Below are positions 11,426 to 24,449 of a DNA stretch of 64,000 nucleotides, one piece after another; position 1 is the first letter of the stretch, and every line of letters begins with the position of its first letter. Source of the stretch: Octopus sinensis. Taxonomy: Eukaryota. The DNA lies in assembly GCF_006345805.1 (NCBI RefSeq), contig NC_043003.1, positions 86,924,001 to 86,988,000 of the forward strand, written 5' to 3'. Below the pieces are notes generated by a model. That model searched no databases. It was not told the DNA's origin and was given only the letters and a program-made list of their open reading frames with translations. The translations under genes were made by a program, and so were the position numbers.

Positions 11426-12184
11426 AAAACAATATCGAAAATAAGGGAATTTTTTTTTATCATTTATACATCAATTCACACTCAAAATTATACGGTCAAG
11501 CGGTGTTTTATTGTTCTATTTATCGTGAATGTCTGTAGCATATGAATTATAGAGCAATATTATTTTTCTTTTTCTCCAAGAATCCAAGTTCAGTCATACT
11601 TTGATCCCGGTGGCTTAGTACGTACCTTGTCACTCCACTAGTAATGGGTATCGTGCTGAAAGTGTATTTTGAATACTGGATTAGTCTATAGACTATAGCT
11701 GCATGTCCTTTCTCTTGTATATTTCTTACCCCACCAATGTTGACTTCCCACTATAGAATTTTTTTATTATTATGTCGTCCCAAAGAGCAACATAAGGCCA
11801 GTTGCGTCTTAATTCGGTCGCTGTTCTTATTCTTAGGTTCCGCCAATATTCTTTTAACCCACTAGTCTCAATATGTTCATCTTTATTTGTAGTTATTTCT
11901 TTCTTTCGTATTCCATTTCAGATTGCTCTATCTACAACAGAATGCCATTCAGTAAGATAGTATCTAAAGAAATTCTCTTCGCAGTTGGCAATGCCACGGC
12001 TAATGTCTTCAGTTTGGGTTTTACATAGTCTACATTTGTTGTCAATTGAAGCCTTCTAAATGTATTTAATGGGAATTTCTTGCTGTGTTCTTGGTCTAGT
12101 TTATTCCTTCTATGGTCTGTGCGTTTCGTTCACGCTAAGTGAACTGGTATATATTATTTCATCTTGATAGGATTAAAAAAGATT

Positions 12185-12291
<107 letters not shown>

Positions 12292-13713
12292 TTCAATTTT
12301 GCGACTACAATTTCTTTAAAGAATATACAGATCCGATAATTGAAGTTTCACACTTTCGGTGATACATTCGGAATCACACATACTCTCTTACTGAAACTTA
12401 TCACATATCAGTTAATATTCGGGTTGCTACTACAATGTTTCCTCTTCCTCCGAAGTACATGATACATCCGCTAAGACTCTCCAAATTCACGTGCCTATCC
12501 GATCACCGTGACTTATGTATTATAGCTCTTCCCCCTGCAAGATTGAATATAAACCTTTTAAAAGAATTCTTCATCCATGGAGTTTCAACTCTGACCTCCT
12601 CTTTCTTGTCCACACGTTTTTCTATAAATGTCAACACGTGCTCATAAACCATATATCTGAGCAGAGCAGGGTAAAGATCTTTTAAAGAATTGAGAACTGC
12701 CTCTTTTTCCTGACTCCTGACCGTTTCCTTCAAAAACATTCATTCACTTTTGACCTACTTTGGTTTTATTTATTCGCGATATTTCAGTTGCCAGACCCGT
12801 AAGTTGCATCTAACACACTGCTTTTTAACCATTTTTTATACCACAGTTCCCTTCTTAAAAAGCAACTCGTGTGCCCCACCATAAACTTGTGTATTCAGAA
12901 GTCTTAAAGTTTTAATGCAAGTCTTTTTTCGTTTATTTATTTACGTCCCATTCTGAAGTAGCCCATTTTGAGAAACTCTGGTCTTGGGTTTTTAGACCCT
13001 AAAATTTTCTGAGTAAGGCTAAACGCACAACCTTATCTTGAATTAAACAATCCATAATCCTTTATGTTGTTTTATATAATACTTTCAGCCAAGCGTGTAA
13101 ATGTGTGTGTGCGTGTATGCCTAAGTGTGTGTGTGCGTGTATGCCTAAGTGTGTGTGTGAATGAGAGGGTATTTCAGAGAAAGAAATACGTGCATGCGAG
13201 CCAATCGTTAAGTCTCATCAACACAATTTAATAACTGAACAGAAACCAGAAAACTACAAATAACGTAATTACGTGATGTCATGGTTTGTGTTTTTACAAA
13301 TAAACGATATTTTGAAATAAACGCAAAAGAGATAAAATATGCTTTACGAATAAAATTTCATTGAAAAACAGCTTCACAACGTGTAATTTTTTTTATTTCA
13401 GAAAAATCGGATAAACAGAGTTTTGACACCATAGAAACACAATTAAAGGCATCTAATTTGCTTTAGTGCCTAATGAGTGACAATTCCAATCATAATATAG
13501 TTATTTCGGCTATATTCATATTTAGAGAATATATATTAAAAGCAATACTTTCAGAAATCTTTATCATTACCGTCATAATGTTGTCCTATTTGGAAAGCCT
13601 TTATCTCAAGGTTTCTTATTTCTATATGGCTATGTAGAACCAGACAAGATACGATATCAGATCTTCATATATATATGTGTGAGTGTGTGTGTGCGTGTAT
13701 GTATATATACACA

Positions 13714-14360
13714 CACGAGGATCGGCTGAAAAGTTCATAGGCTGACCAGGATACTCACATCCAATGAAACCAAATGAGGTTTATTATTCAACATAGCTCT
13801 CTTGCAGTTCACACACTGCTTCCATCAGTGATGCAGTGCAATGATTGGATCCCATTGGTGAAGAAGCTCTCATCTTGTTGGTCTAAAATATCATCAACAG
13901 CAAATATGATATCATCATCACTGCGATACTCGTTCCTAGCCAAGTGTTTTTTTTCATTTTGTAGAACAGGTAAGTCAAATTAGGGGAACAAGGAGGCTGA
14001 TCAACCAGTTCAAATCCACAGTCATGCACAGCAGCTATTCAAATCAAGGACTTGTGTGCTGGAGCATTGTCCTGATGAGACAAGACCCCTTTTATCAGCT
14101 TTCTGAGTGTTTGGTCTTGGCAGCCTTTCGTAACTGCTACAGCAAGTTGGCATAGCACTCTCCATTGATGGTGTGACCCTTTTGAAGGATGGTGCTCCTG
14201 CTTAGCCTTAACCCAATGACTTTAAAAATGTAAGAGATAAAAAGACATGTATATAATTTGAAACTTTTTACCTCCAGTGAGCAGCCTACATATTTTATTG
14301 GACTCTTTTTATAGAATGGCTGAGTTTGTCGAGTAATACCTCGTTCAGTGAAGTAGATAT
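13714..14360 (-). mobile_element. Mariner transposase C-terminal fragment with terminal repeat
   Basis: STILQKGHTINGECYANLL, a DNA-PAH-like segment and a C-terminal helix region; end cacgaggatcggctgaaaagttc. Confidence 0.75.
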
Positions 14361-14479
14361 TTGAAGGCATTCACATCGACACACACACACACACACACAT
14401 ACATACATACACACATACATACATATATACATACATACATACATACATACATACATACATACATACATACATACATACA

Positions 14480-14513
<34 letters not shown>

Positions 14514-15302
14514 CATACATACATACATACATGGTGGCTGCCCCCTCGTTATCGAGTATGGCCATTGCACGAAGCTAAATCAATGTTGTTATCGTGCAAT
14601 GCCTGTGCAAGGAAATTTTGTTTTAAAGTGACGAAAGGCTGTACGCTGAGTCAATCCCACTCACTAAGCAACAGCAGCCATAATCCGAAAAGAAGAACAA
14701 GTCAACATCATCGGTAACCACTGAGCCGCAGGTTTTATGTCGGAGTTATCCCAGTTACCTGAGTTACCTTCTCCTAGAAGGATGCCCTAACAAAGGCTAG
14801 GAGTCTTTCACTCCCAATGGTTTAACTGCGCGATCGGGGTATTAAGTCCGATTATTTCTATGTCCCCGCGCATGATACAGCGTTAAGACATTTATTGGAT
14901 GGCCGTTGACTCTCAAGAGTTCCTCCGCCCTTTGACGGGTTTTGTTTTTCATCCGGCAGGGTGTCCAATAAACACCTTCCTTACCAAGCAAGCTTGGTGG
15001 GGTTGCCGGTTTAGTCGCCGACGACCTGACCATGCAACAGGTTACATGCATACATACAATCATACGCGTACGCACGCCCACACAGGAACATTCACACTGA
15101 GTGCGCCTAGCAAATTTTTACTCGGTTAGTATTGATTAAACCAATGCAGCAGGGTAATAGTTGAAGGTACTTGTCCACTTTGTCGCTCAGATGCATCGAA
15201 CTCGGAACTCCGCAGCTAAGGAGCAAACTTCTTAACGACATAGTGTCATCGCAAACTAATTACCGAGATATGAAGGTAAACAGTGATTGACGTTTCAAGC
15301 AA

Positions 15303-15900
15303 TAAAAGGTGCATTTCAGAATTTTTCAGACTTTTGTTTAGGAACAACAGTTATGAATTTCAAAGAGGCACAAAACTATAATTTCCTTCAAAGTAGGATC
15401 CTCTGGTTTCAATACTCTTGCTTTAAAAATCCAACCACTTCGTGAAGGCTCATCCATCTCCCTGCCGTCACCAAGGCGTCATTAAAAAATTTTTTTCTGT
15501 TAGCCACGGAGCTCCTTGGGAGCTCAAATTTTGCACAAAATTTATGCATGTTCTGATCTTCATGAATAATCTTGCGTACATTTGCCACACCAAACTTAAA
15601 CTGAATACTTATTGTCTGTACAGACAAACGACGGCCTTCATGCAGGAAATTGCGAATTTTCCCAACTAGCTCTGCTCTGACATCCTTCTCCCTCGCATCC
15701 ATCTCATCCTCTTACTTCCTCTCTATCGTCCTTGAACCTCTTGTACCAGCAGTAAAGAGATGCTCAGCTAATACAAGTTAATCCATATACAGACTGGAGC
15801 ATTTCATGTGTTTCTGAAGCGTTTTTGCCCATCTTAACACAAAAATTTGTTGCATAGCGAGTTTCCAAATTTGTCTTCACGTTCTAACTGCGTTCTGCAA
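15303..15900 (-). mobile_element. Mariner transposase N-terminal fragment
   Basis: KIRNFLHEGRRLSVQTISIQFKFGVANVRKIIHEDQNMHKFCAKF (second HTH of mariner transposases). Confidence 0.75.
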
Positions 15901-18099
15901 ACTAGTCAGCTACGACAAGCGGTGTTCAGAAGAGTGTGTTTAAAGTGCTGTTACAGCCACCTCCTTTTAAATAAATTGTTAGGAATTTTTAAAATATTAG
16001 TAGATCTGCTTCTTAAACGTATAGTAACGATATACTAAAATTACAATAATCTAGGAGTTATAACAGCCTCCCCTAAAAAGCCTGAAAACATCAAAAATGC
16101 ACTCGTAACTTGTGATAGAAAACAAACAGGACATCCCGCCCCACGAACATCATTACCGATTAGTCCACATAACGCCTACATCATCCCGCTGGAAAATTAC
16201 GTTTTAGAAGTGTTTCACGGTTCGTTCATCGCGGATTCTTTAAACGTTGATGAAAAATAAAATTAAATACTATAACATATTTGTAAAGTATACACTTCTC
16301 GTACACTTTATAATCTCTTATAATATTCAGCTCAGTAAAACTAACAGGAATATGAATAATTCATCTTCTTTTGGTTCACTATCTTCATCTAAGATACAAT
16401 CTTTAAAATCTACCGTCAATTCATCGACGTGTGATACTTTTAAGATATTGCAATACTTGATTTTATAATATAAAATAAACAATGAAAACTAAAAAGAATG
16501 AAATTATATTTAACAGACACAATTAATACCCTTCTAAGACAAGTCTGTTTGATCTATATTAATTCACTTGGACTTCTTAAAATAGAACCCATAGACTGAG
16601 GATAAATGTTTCCTTTCCAAGTTACCACTAAAAAGTGGTCTTCTGTTAGTCTTTAAGACATAGTATTAAATTTAAAATTATGCATTTAGACGAGCAGGCA
16701 GAAGTGTTAGCGTGCCGATCAAAATGCTTAGAGACATTTCTTTTGATGGTTACCGTTCTGAGTTCAAACCCCGCCGAGGTAAACTTTGTTTTTCCTCCTT
16801 TCACGGTGGTTAAAATAAAGTGCCAGTCAAGTACAGGGGTCGATGTAATCGACAATCCCTCTCCCCTCAAGGCGGTTCTCCGACATGGCTGCAGTCCAAT
16901 TACTGAAACAAATAAAATAAATAGACGTAGAGAGGAATGTGTAATTAAAACAAGGCGACCGAATGGCGAACTATTACGGAGCCTGCCAGATTCGAAACTA
17001 ACTAGTTTAGTTGGACATTGTTTGGTTTTGAAGTGACTGGTGGTAGGAGGAACCCTTTCCAGATTTCGTTCTGCAAATATTTATTCTTTGATTCGTCTCT
17101 GTTGTAATAACGGTTAAACAAGCATTGTGCACCGCTGCTGTCTATGGGCACAAAAATAAACAGAAAAAGCGTAGTATTAGATGATAAATTAGAAGTGTTG
17201 CAGAGATCTAGTAATGGACAGCGAGCAGTAGTTATTGGAAGAATTCCCCAGTTGCAACCAACAAATATTCGCCGTAATACCGAAAAAAATTAGGTATTAT
17301 GTTCAAAGTGTAACACATTTAGCCACTACAAAAGGAATTTGGTATAGAACCAGATTAATGAGGAATACCATTTCTTTTGTCTTTTACATGTTTCAGTCAT
17401 TAGACTGCGGCCATGCTACGGCACCGCCTTAGAGAAATTTTTAATCGAATGAATCGCCCAAGTACTCATTTTTTTTAAAGCTTGCTACTTACTCTATTGG
17501 TCCCTTTTGCCGAACAACTACGTTACGGGGATGTAAACACACTATCACTGGTTGTCAAGCGATGTTGGGGACAAACATAGACGTACACAGGGACATACCC
17601 ACGCACACACAAACACACACACACACACACACACACAGATTTACACACAAACACTTCTTTCAGTTTCCGTCTACCAAACTCACTCTCATGGGTTTGGTAG
17701 GCCCGAGGCTATAGTAGAAGACACTTGCCCAAGCTGCCTCGCAGTAAGACTGAATCCGGAACAATGCAAGCATTTTATCAAACAGCCACGTCTGTGCTTA
17801 TAGAATAAGGGTAAAGGTTTTTAAATATATGAATGGAGAGATGACATGCATCATTACAACCCTCCATGTTTGCTATTTGCCATCCAAACAAGAGGTTTAA
17901 GACTTGTATTTTCTTGATAAGGCAGGCAAGAGTAGGGTCAATAATTGACCAAGATACCCAGGGAGGTGTTCGTGCATCAGTTATAGAGGGAGATGACGGA
18001 CTAACAGGGTTTATCGGTTAGCCTATTGGATTAATGGATACGTGGGGGGAGGGGGTTGAAGTGAGGGGCTTGTGGTAATGATAAAATTACAAGAAGGGA

Positions 18100-18335
18100 G
18101 AGAATAATTAGGAGAGGTGAGTTGGTGCACGACTGTGGAAGTTTGCATCTGGTGTTGGCTAGTAACATTTGTCCTTAGATTGTTGCCACAAGAGCGAGGA
18201 TTGTCAAATCAGCAAAGTGCCTCTTTTTTGGAGGCGTCGCTCGGTCAGGACATAAAGGCGTTACACTTGCCGGTCGATTTGATGAATATATCATCCCGGT
18301 TATGGAGTTTCCGGAGACAGTCGGATTCCGGTGCG
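18100..18335 (-). mobile_element. Penelope-like ORF fragment (region just upstream of RT)
   Basis: LRKLHNRDDIFIKSTGKCNAF resembles the LxxLxxRxDIxIKxADKG motif of PLE ORFs. Confidence 0.5.
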
Positions 18336-18394
18336 AGTAAGAATTATAATCACTTTGCAGTTTTCTAAGCTTGAAGACATACAAATCTTGCAGC

Positions 18395-18790
18395 ACGCGT
18401 CCAGCATACATTGCTTCCTAACCACATGGTTCTGGGTTCAATCACACTGCGTGACACCTTGGGCGTGTGTCTTCTACTATAGCTTTGGGCCGACCAAACC
18501 CATGAGAGTGGATTTGATAGGCAGGATACTCAAAGAAGTTTGTCGCATAAATGCGTATACATGTATATGTGTGTATGTATCTTTGTGTCTGTGTTTGTCC
18601 CTCCATCACCGCTTGACAAACGGTATTGGTATGTTTGTGTCCCTGTAACTTAACAGGTCGGCAAAGAGACCGAAAAATTAAGTACTAGGCTCAAAAAATA
18701 AGTGCTGGGCACGATTCGCTCGACTAAATACCCTTCAAGGCGGTGCTCCAGTATGGCCGCGGTGAAATGAGTGTAACAAGTAAAAGATAA
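18395..18790 (+). mobile_element. SINE family B
   Basis: Family body with internal (TG)n. Confidence 0.8.
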
Positions 18791-18825
18791 TATATATATG
18801 TATGTGTGTGTGTGTGTGTGTATGT

Positions 18826-18865
<40 letters not shown>

Positions 18866-21269
18866 ATATATATATATATAGAAAGAGAGAGAGAGACGGG
18901 GGAGGCGCACTTTCATACATGCACAAACGTGTGCGTGTGTGTCTGTGTATGTGTATTTATGAGTATTCTAGTATCAGTTTCTGCCAGCTATTATTGATCA
19001 TAGGTCGTAGAAGTATTGCACTATTAATGTTCATGTCTTTAAATATAACGGGAAGATTCTCATGAATCACATAATACATAAGAGAATATACATAATAATA
19101 ATTATAATCGCAATAAAATATCTCGTAATAAATAACGTAAGAACTAATGTAATAAGTAATATAAGTAATGTTGTAGATTAGCTGCATACTTAAGAATATA
19201 TAGATATTTAAGGTTCGATTCCATTGAGCTTCGTCTTCTACTCGCATATTTTGTCACAGCGGATCTTTTCTGAAAATTTTAAAGTTTAGTGAAAATTTTA
19301 AAATTTGGTATATTGATGTAACTTTCCACGCTGAATTCCAGGGGCTAATTCACTTTTTCCTGAAAACTTTTTGAAAAAAATTATGAAGGTTAAAGTTTGA
19401 TCCTTTTTGCCCAGTCAGAAAACAGGATTTGGAAGCCGTCATTTTGTGCGTGACTGCACGTATTGTCAACTGTACACAAATGAAATATAGGCAGAATTCT
19501 GCTTTACGCACGCCATATAATCCTTCAAAACTTTTTTTTTATTTTTTGGAATTTTTAGAAAGTTTTTGCGAATTTGCATTCTACACGCGGGAATTCATAC
19601 AATTACGCAAAAACCAAACACAAAATTTTTAGCGCACCTCACGACCACCTCATACCTCATGTGTTTTAAGTATTTGATAAGCCAGAAATGATCGCGTGGG
19701 TAAACAGTTTGGTAACAGCTTGACTTGTTACTATGGAAACAGGTACCTATATGTTTGTAGCATTTTGGGGAAATGACATTTTCTATATCTTTGGGTCGAT
19801 TCATACCTTGTGAATGAAATTAGACAGACAATTGAATAACTTGTGAATGAAATTGGCTAGATTCAATATTAAAAAATGACGAAGAAGATTGCTAATAACG
19901 TTATCATTACCCACGGACTTTCACTATTTACTTCCTCCCTCACATCCTCCAATCCCGCTCGCCAATCGTCTCCATATGTAACTGACCCGCCACTGCTTTT
20001 GAGTGAAATACCCGTAATTCAATAGGTACAACCGTGTCACTCTTTGTATCATGCTGATTCTACCCGAGAATTATATTAAGGTTTCACGTTTCTGTGGAAT
20101 GCTTAGTTACTCGTACATTAATTCAGGGGCAGATAATTCAGTTGGTTGTACAAATGAACTTTCATCACTGATCATCGAAGGTCTACCATCAGCACGATAC
20201 ACGCTCTGAAGCATTATCGTAGTCGCCCAACAATTTTAATTATGGTTTCTTTCAAATTTAGGCACAACGCCAGTAGTTTTGTGGAGAGAGACTTAGTCAA
20301 TAATCATCGACTCCAGTATTCGACTGGTACTTACTTTAAAGAATATAAGGCAAAGTTGTATCCGGCCGAGACTTGAACTCTGAACGTAGAGTAGGAAGAA
20401 ATACCTATTTCTTTACTACCCACAAGGGGCTAAACACAGAGAGGACAAACAAGGACAGACAGACGGATTAAGTCGATTATATCGAACCAGTGCGTAACTG
20501 GTACTTATTTAATCGACCCTGAAAGGATGAAAGGCAAAGTCGACCTCGGCGGAATTTGAACTCAGAACGTAGCTAGAGTAGGAAGAAATACCGCGAAGTA
20601 TTTTGTCCAATAGTAACGATTCCGGCAGCTGGCCTCCTTACTAATTTTAATAATTGTAGGTGCTCTTGTCTATTAACCAATCTAGTTAAGATAAGTTAAT
20701 TTAATGCAGCTGTGGCTGTTATTGTTGGTGTTGAGGGTGTATTTAGTTAATGGAATTATAAACAATCTTAGTCAATAGAGTGGGCTAGACTGGACAAAAG
20801 TATGTTGAGTCAGCACGATTGTTAATTTTTGTAAGGTAATATAATTCCTAATGCTACAGGTGAAGCTCTTTTTCAGTTAATAGCTCTGCCTGACTTTAGA
20901 TATTTCCTTTTCTTAAAGCAAACTAACATACTCCACTTTCTTGGTGGTTAGAAAATCGCATCGCAACTACATGTTTTCAGGTTCGATCACCTTGCACAGC
21001 AACTTGGGCCAGTGTCTTCTACCAGAGCTTCAGGGCAACCAGAACTTTATGACCGAAATTTGACTGGCGGAAACTTCAGTGGAGGCCTCTTCCTGTTATG
21101 GAGTGAAAAACTGATATCTGTTGCCTGGCTTAAAACCACCATTTGGCCCTTAGGTTCTTTTAGCGGATTGGTCTCTATTGCAAAGGTTTGGGCCAGGTTT
21201 CCAGTCTGGGAATTACCGCTGCTCTCCACCAGGTTATACAGATCATGGGCGTTGCCCTTCCGCCTCTGA

Positions 21270-21317
<48 letters not shown>

Positions 21318-21497
21318 TATATATATATAATATATATATATATATGGGGGGGCGTATAATTGAAAAAATTTGGAGTTAACAAGGAGAACGGCTGGACATT
21401 TATTTTTAATCACTACAATTGTTTCTATGCAACGTAGTTCTCCGGGCGTGCTGGTACTTAATTATGCAACCTATTCCCTACACTATGAGATCTAGTC

Positions 21498-21915
21498 AAG
21501 GCGGCGAGCTGGCAGAAACGTTAGCACGCCGGGCGAGATGCTTAGCGGTATTTCGTTTGCCGTTACGTTCTGAGTTCAAATTCCGCCGAGGTCAACTTTG
21601 CCTTTCATCCTTTCGGGGTCGATTAAATAAGTACCAGTTACGCACTGGGGTCGATATAATTGACTTAATCTGTTTGTCTGTCCTTGTTTCTGCCCCTTGT
21701 GGGCAGTAAAGAAATAAGAAACTTTAGCACGCCGGGTGAAATGCTTAGAGATATTTCGTCTCTCTTTACGTTCTGAGTTCAAATTCCGCCGAGGTCGACT
21801 TTGCCTTTCATCCTTTAGGGCTCGATAAATTGAGTACCAGTTGCGTACTGGGGTCGATCTAATCGACTGTCCCCCTCCCCCAAAATTTCGGGCCTTGTGC
21901 CGAGAGTAGAAAAGA
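21498..21915 (+). mobile_element. tRNA-derived SINE family A (Deu/Nin-like core), multimeric
   Basis: Head aaggcggcgagctggcagaa, B box gttcaaattcc, core gcctttcatcctttcggggtcgat; second unit has a different tail. Confidence 0.85.
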
Positions 21916-22069
21916 AATTATGAGATCTACTTGCGTTTCCTCAGGCAATATATAAATATTGTCTCCGTGAGTTCAAATTCTCGGCTTCAAGAGCATCCTC
22001 TCTATATGTCGTGGCCCGAAGTTTATTAAGGTGTGCTGTTGCTGAAAGGCCGTTGGAAAACTGCTTTGA

Positions 22070-23090
22070 ATGTGTAGTTGTAGTTTCTACGGCTGGATGC
22101 TCTTCCTAACGTCAACCACTTTACAGAGTGCCCTGGGTACTTTTATGCAGCATCGGCACGGGTACTTTTACGTGGCGCCAGCACAAGTGCTTTTTACGTG
22201 ACACCAGCACCTACGAGCCCGCAAGATTAGGAACGCTCGGGTGGAGAAGGATGCAGGGGACATGCCTGTAAGCAAAAGCGAGCACGCATTTACTTAGCTT
22301 GATATATCTTCTCAAGCACAGCAAAGTACCAGAAGTCTCGAACCCCCGTCATGCCCTTTGTGAGGCTCAACATCTGCAGATCCTTTCTCACCACTTCGTC
22401 CCACGTCTTTCTTGGGTCTACTCCTTCCACACGTTCCCTTCAGAATCAGAGCTCGGCACTTACTGATGCAACTGTCTTTATTCATACGTATTACCTGACC
22501 GCACCAGTGCAGTCTTTTCTCTTGCACACTACATCTGATGTCCCGTATACCCAGTTTTTCTCTCAAATCGCTTACACTCTGTTGTATGCGAACACTGGCA
22601 TTATCCATCCAGCAGAGCATACTGGTTCCATTTTTTTTCAAACCTTCGCAAGTCTTCAATAGTCACAGCCAATGTTTCACTGCCATCATACAATCTGCCT
22701 TTCACTCTAACGGAGAGGCTCTTTGTTACTAACAGAGGCAGTAGCTCTCTTAACTTTGCCCAGCCTATTCTTATTCTAGCGGCTATGCTTTCGGAACAGC
22801 CTCCACCATTGCTAACTTTGTAATCCTAAATAAGGGAAACTGTCTACTACTTCTAAGGATCACCACCTGACATTTGAGGGAGTCTATTTTTTGTACATTC
22901 CAGGTGTTGTAATGTACTTGCACGTCTTCCACATGTAAAGACTACGTTTTCTGTGATACCGCTGCACCATTTATGTATCTATAACTTGCACTAGGTACAC
23001 CGTATGGAGTTTCTCCCGACACCATTCCTACATATCGAGCAGAGCCATCTCCCTGAAGGAAGCCGTGACTTGTCTGTTTTCCTGTTTATT
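22070..23090 (-). mobile_element. RTE-clade LINE 3' fragment
   Basis: LREKLGIRDIRCSVQEKRLHWCGQVIRM...GTCGRSRPKK, an upstream YLG and Cys-rich segment, and the typical 3' UTR ggttgacgttaggaagagcatccagccgtag. Confidence 0.8.
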
Positions 23091-23451
23091 AGGGTTTGTG
23101 TGTGTGTAGAAACAGAGAGACTCGATATATACCTAACATAAACATAAGATTACACGAATCTTATAATCAGTCGATTAAAAGAATGCCTGCGCTAAAATTT
23201 AGACAATTTCGTAACACATAGGATGAAAAGTATTGCTCTGTCAATTCCGTCAATGGGCGAGGCATGGTCACCTTGTTAAAATAGAAACAAAAATTTCTCG
23301 TGCTTTTAATGTTACAGAAACTGGGAAATAAACATTGTCTCTCCATAATATCTAATGTTCATGAATAAATAGAACTATACTAACGTATCTAATGTAAATT
23401 AATATAGATCTATTTACAGTCTGGGGTACCGATAGAATTAGTTTTATTCAA

Positions 23452-23840
23452 TACTAGCAGTATCGCCCGGCGTTGCTCAGGTTTGTAAGGGAAATAACTA
23501 TAAAGCATTTTTAGAGAGTTATAGCCAAAAAACAGCAAAAAAATGGAAAAAAATAATGGTAAATTTTTTTTTGAGATTTAAAAAAGGTGGAGTTGCGTCC
23601 CCTAGACAGTTTGTGGTTCGTGTTTCTGATTCTCGACCCCATGTCGAATTTATCGATTTTTTTTCAGAACTGGGGGAACTTTTCAAAATTTTCGCTGCGT
23701 TAGTTTTGAATTATGACATTGGGCTATGTGTGTGTCAAGTTTCATCAGAATCGGTTGAAAGCCGTGGTCAGGGTGAGGGTACAAGCAAACAGACACACAG
23801 AAACACGCACAGACAAACTGCCGTTTATATAGAGAGAGAT
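23452..23840 (+). mobile_element. Helentron/DINE-1-like non-autonomous element
   Basis: 5' actagcagtatcgcccggcgttgctc and 3' acagacac...acagacaaactgccgtttatatagagagat match the recalled HINE architecture. Confidence 0.45.
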
Positions 23841-23849
23841 CAATAATAT

Positions 23850-24449
23850 CTATTTCTTTATTACCCACAAGGGGCTAAACACAGAGGGGACAAACAAGGA
23901 CAGACATAGGTATTAAGTCGATTACATCGACCCCAGTACGTAACTGGTACTTAATTTATCGACCCCGAAAGGATGAAAGGCAAAGTCGACCTCGGCGGAA
24001 TTTGAACTCACAACGTAACGCAGACGAAATACCTATTTCTTTATTACCCACAAGGGGCTAAACACAGAGGGGACAAACAAGGACAGACATAGGTATTAAG
24101 TCGATTACATCGACCCCAGTGCGTAACTGGTACTTAATTTATCGACCCCGAAAGGATGAAAGGCAAAGTCGACCTCGGCGGAATTTGAACCCACAACGTA
24201 ACGCAGACGAAATACCTATTTCTTTATTACCCACAAGGGGTTAAACACAGAGGGGACAAACAAGGACATACATAGGTATTAAGTCGATTACATCGACCCC
24301 AGTGCGTAACTGGTACCTAATTTATCGACCCCCGAAAGGATGAAAGGCAAAGTCGACCTCGGCGGAATTTGAACCCACAACGTAACGCAGACGAAATACC
24401 GCTAAGCATTTCGCCCAGCGTGCTAACGTTTCTGCCAGCTCGCCGCCTT
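23850..24449 (-). mobile_element. SINE family A head-to-tail trimer (183-bp period)
   Basis: Units start at 23850, 24033 and 24216; single tRNA-like head at 24400-24449. Confidence 0.9.

Noticed and set aside
14760-15050. GC-richer segment resembling a non-LTR 5' UTR that might hold an HDV-like ribozyme
   Set aside because: I could not build the nested double pseudoknot by eye; it needs a covariance-model search
19250-19630. Non-microsatellite segment with TTTT/AAAA-rich motifs resembling a DNA transposon end
   Set aside because: No terminal inverted repeats, TSD or coding motif could be fixed
23850-24449. Regularly spaced repeats as a possible CRISPR array (also 57383-57558)
   Set aside because: No unique spacers; these are SINE multimers and a minisatellite in eukaryotic DNA with no cas genes
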